Positions 60,231 to 64,000 of a stretch of 64,000 bases of DNA are shown one piece after another (position 1 is the stretch's first letter; the number at the start of each line of letters is the position of its first letter). Source of the stretch: Oculina patagonica (taxonomy: Eukaryota). The DNA is taken from positions 4,154,001-4,218,000 of the forward strand of contig NC_135769.1 in NCBI RefSeq assembly GCF_052425735.1. The letters are read 5' to 3'. The translations under genes were made by a program, and so were the position numbers. The notes below the pieces were generated by a model. It had not been told where the DNA came from and made no database searches. It worked only from the letters and a program-made list of their open reading frames with translations.

Positions 60231-63200
60231 GAAACACGCGTTAAACTTTTGAATCCGACCGGAAAGTACTGAAGCCAGACGTTTATTGGCCAAGACACAA
60301 TAGCTCCATTGCGTCATTATAATTATGTCATTATAATTTTCAGTTCCCACTACAAAAACACCAAAATAGTCGTAATCATAATAAAAAGAAAATGATCAAT
60401 CATTCTATGATGATTATGTCGACCATAAGGACGCTTTTGATTATGTTTCTATACTTTCCCACTAAGACATGAGCGACAGAACGGCGATATGTTCCATCTC
60501 ATCATTGCGATTATGCGGCTAGTCGCTAGAGGGTATTACGTTTAGATGCCCCCTTACATGTCCCCCCATTTGCGCGCAGCGCAACACTTGTTGCGAAAGC
60601 AAATTTTGTTTCCAAGAACGTTAAGAACCGTTTCCGATTTCAGAAATGTCTTCAGACGTTCTGAACGAACGAACTCGCAGAAATTAAATTGTCAGACTCA
60701 GTTTCGAGAAATCGCGAACATTTCTTGTCATGCAACATTGCCTGTCGAAATTTGCACAATTCTTCTACGCTGTATGTTAGCTTAAGGTTATTTAGCCGGC
60801 ATGCCCCTCTTAAATTAATTAATCAGAAGGAACAAATATCATAAACAGGTCAATTACATAACGTTCCACGCGTCTGAAATGATATTCTCTCAATCGTTTT
60901 AGAAGGCAAATGAAATTTAGCCGGAATAATTTGCTCGTTCGATCCTCGAGTACCGCCATTTATTGTCCAACTTCGCTTTGTAGAGTACAAATAACGTGCG
61001 AAACGAGTACACGTATCTCACGATACTCCACAAGACCGGTTTAACAGGTTTCATTAAGTCCCCTTATGCCTCATGACCGCGTGAATGATTCAAAGACGGT
61101 GGAAAGTCAGCGTTTGGGAAAAAATGTTGGATCAGATAATATATCTTTTATTAGACATTTTAGTGTGTTGTATTACTGTACATTTTTATTCGTCATTTGT
61201 ATTTTGCTTGCCCTTCGGGCTCGCCAAAATACTGCAAGACTCGTAAAAATATTTTAGCGATGCTTCGCGCTAAAATGGTTAATAAGTATGTAGTGACATG
61301 CGTCCAAAGCTAGTTAGTGTGTGATAAACTAAACTAGTTCAATGATAGACGTAGCTTGTTTTAACCACAGCAATTTATAACTAAAGATGTAGTGAGACAT
61401 TTTGACACACTAAATCGGTAGACAATAAAAGATAAGCGCAGATAATCAAACTGAAGTCGACATAATGATGAAGAAGATGGATGGTGAATGATTATACATG
61501 TATGACAGCATATAAGGCGAAAAACAAATGATAAAACCACGACAAGCCTTAAAGAAACAAACACCCACCTATCTTTTGAATGTAGGTAAACGTTTAAAGT
61601 CCCGAGTGATTCAGTTGCACACACAGAAATTCTGTTTAACTCAGTCGCTTCAGTAAATTCCCTCAAATGGCCGGTGTTTCTTTTGTCTAATATAAACAAA
61701 TCAACAAAACACATAGCTTTTAGAACGTGTTTAATGGACTCCCGCCGCAAGCTATGTTAACATGGGGTCAACCTTTTGTTTTGAATTTAGGCAAAATATC
61801 TTTTGATTGTATTTATGGTTTTAGTCTGATTGTTTCACCTTCAGTGATAACATCTTCGTTTTAAAATCGTCTGAATCACACATGCAGAAAGTTCCAGAAA
61901 GTTCAATGTGATGCATCTGTGCTATATATATAATATAATTAACTTTGTCTGATTAACGGTTTGTTTTCTTAATGAAAATAAAAACATATTCATTGTTTTA
62001 AACATTAATCTGTCATTTTGCCTTCGTTGAAGTGGTTTACCTGCTGGGGGGGGGGGGGGGGGGGGGGGGAGGGAGGGAGGGGGAGGGTGTTGTCGAAGTG
62101 TTTGGTGAAGGTACACGGCCCATTTCTTTAAACTCTTACTCTATTTTACATCAAATATTTTCCGCCATAAACTATTCAGACCTGTCCCCAAAATCGACAT
62201 CCTGTTTCAAATCTCTAAATCAGTACATGTGTGCTACATGAACTCAGCTACCCAGAAATGGCTTTCATTTTTGGAAACAATTTAGAATCGCTTTGCACTC
62301 CCCAATGTTAATGAATGGAAAAAGATAAGGTTCTTATAAAGCCACGCCCAATTTCAGATAACAACGCGCAAAACATATCCTATTTCAGAGCAAAATCATG
62401 ATGGTCAAAATCTTTACCCTGTTTTAAATGAGAACAGTTTAAAAAACCAACCCTTTGATGCCACACATGACCATTTTAACGGAGGACCTTTTCACTCCTG
62501 GACGAAATTTAATGTTCAATTATCATTTTCTGTGTGTGGTGATGACGAGCTTAGTAGCTAGTTTTGTCAGTTTTCTTGCGTTTTTTTTTATCATTGGTTT
62601 TGACAAAATCTTTTTTAGCGATCACTCCTTACTTATAGTTGTGGGCTGCAAGCATATTATGTAAGTCGAATGACCTAAGTGTGAAAAGTATGACGATTAT
62701 GATATGTTACTTTAATGATGATATTTAAAAAATCGACAAAATTCGTGCAAAATGCATTTAGCCGAAAGATCTGGCTATTCTGTGTTCTTTTTTTAAATAA
62801 TATTAAAACAATGGATGTACAACAAATGTCTGCTACATTACAGTACATTGCCATTTAAGGTAACAGTATCCGTAGTGCTTCGGGATACGCAAAACTCTGC
62901 AAAATGGTTGCTTTTGGCTTAGCTCCGGATCCGATTATGTTGTCAGAACGCCGGCAAAAGCCTGCAGATGTCATCCGGTTATTTGTTCATGTCGCCGAAA
63001 AAAAAGCGAAAACAAACAGCTTTTCTCCAATGCAAGACTATCATGTAACACAACGGATCGACGAAAATGAAGAAAAATATATTTAGCCAAATCCTTTGTA
63101 AGTCCTTCAGTTGATTTCTTTTTCGATTTCATTTCTTTTGCGCTAGAATTCTTGATCACAGTGCCGTTTTGGAACTTCGGGTAATAATTTTTAAAGCCAT

Positions 63201-64000
63201 GAAAAGAGCTTTTTACATTTTTCGTTCAACTGGGGAACATTTTATATTCGATAAACTTCCCTGTGCACAAAAATAACGATTATTCAGTGAAATATACTAA
63301 AGCAGACGGGAAGATGATTGCAGATTGTGATGATTATAATTATACCATTTAATTTATATAATCCTCCACGATGGATACTCGCCAACTGCTACTTACTGAG
63401 AGCGAAAGATATGATACAATTACGGCGAATGATCACTAAAATTGCTGACGAAATGAAGTCGTGTTTTGGTGCATTGATACTTTGTAGATGAAATCCACAA
63501 ATTACAGTAGATATTCAGAAATTACCATTACACCGAAGAACATAGTAAATAATTAGAAACATAGCATAACTTGGAACAATTCAAGAAATACCTCACACTC
63601 TGCGCAAACCTGCATTCGCCAAGAGGAATCGCCGAGAATAGCGGCTTTAAGATAGAGGGAACGAAAAAAAGGAAAGAAAATCGTTTACCTTTAAGTCACC
63701 CGACGTACATAAATCAGCAATAAGACCTTCTCTGTACATCCACTCAGATCGGTCAACTGTGTTGTGTGTTTGAAAACAGCGTAATAAAGGTGTTTGTTCG
63801 GTTTTATAATGTCCCTGCGATTGAAGTCAAAGCGTGTCAAAATACAATAAACAAATTTCAATAAACGTCGACGAGGTTTACTTTAATCTGTCTCGTTATT
63901 ACAATACCATGTATGCTAAGTAATAAAAATGATGTTCTTTTGATTGTGCTGTCTAAAATATGTCTCCCCTCTTCCCTTTGCGTGAGTGATTTTAATGATA

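Noticed and set aside
50640-64000. Additional protein-coding genes in the last 13 kb
   Set aside because: Only short ORFs without recognisable domains or a consistent exon chain; possible 5' UTR exons of the LGR cannot be placed from sequence alone.

Overview
Animal genomic DNA, most likely a scleractinian coral, judged from AT-rich GT-AG introns, coral-type tRNA-derived SINEs and MITEs, and a ~104-bp satellite I associate with Porites-like genomes. Four host genes were reconstructed by hand. SNX29 (minus strand, 11 exons, runs off the left edge) lies head-to-head with CARHSP1/CSDC2 (plus strand, 3 coding exons). An intronless 848-aa Mab-21/cGAS-like receptor (cGLR) is on the minus strand. 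A 16-exon type-C LGR/GRL101-like GPCR has an unusual SP-FN2-CUB-FN2-LDLa3-LRR-7TM ectodomain. The most striking element is an apparently intact 5.08-kb DNA transposon (21631-26710) with 114-bp TIRs (one mismatch) and a 2-bp TSD. It encodes a spliced ~1050-aa RAG1/Transib/Chapaev-like DDE protein that seems to have lost most of its zinc ligands. The cGLR and this transposon sit between two diverged ~1-kb direct repeats, and two large satellites (30-bp and 9-bp units) follow. The rest is dense in MITEs and SINEs and includes a Penelope fragment with a variant minimal hammerhead ribozyme. No alignments or database searches were run; family calls rest on motif recognition.
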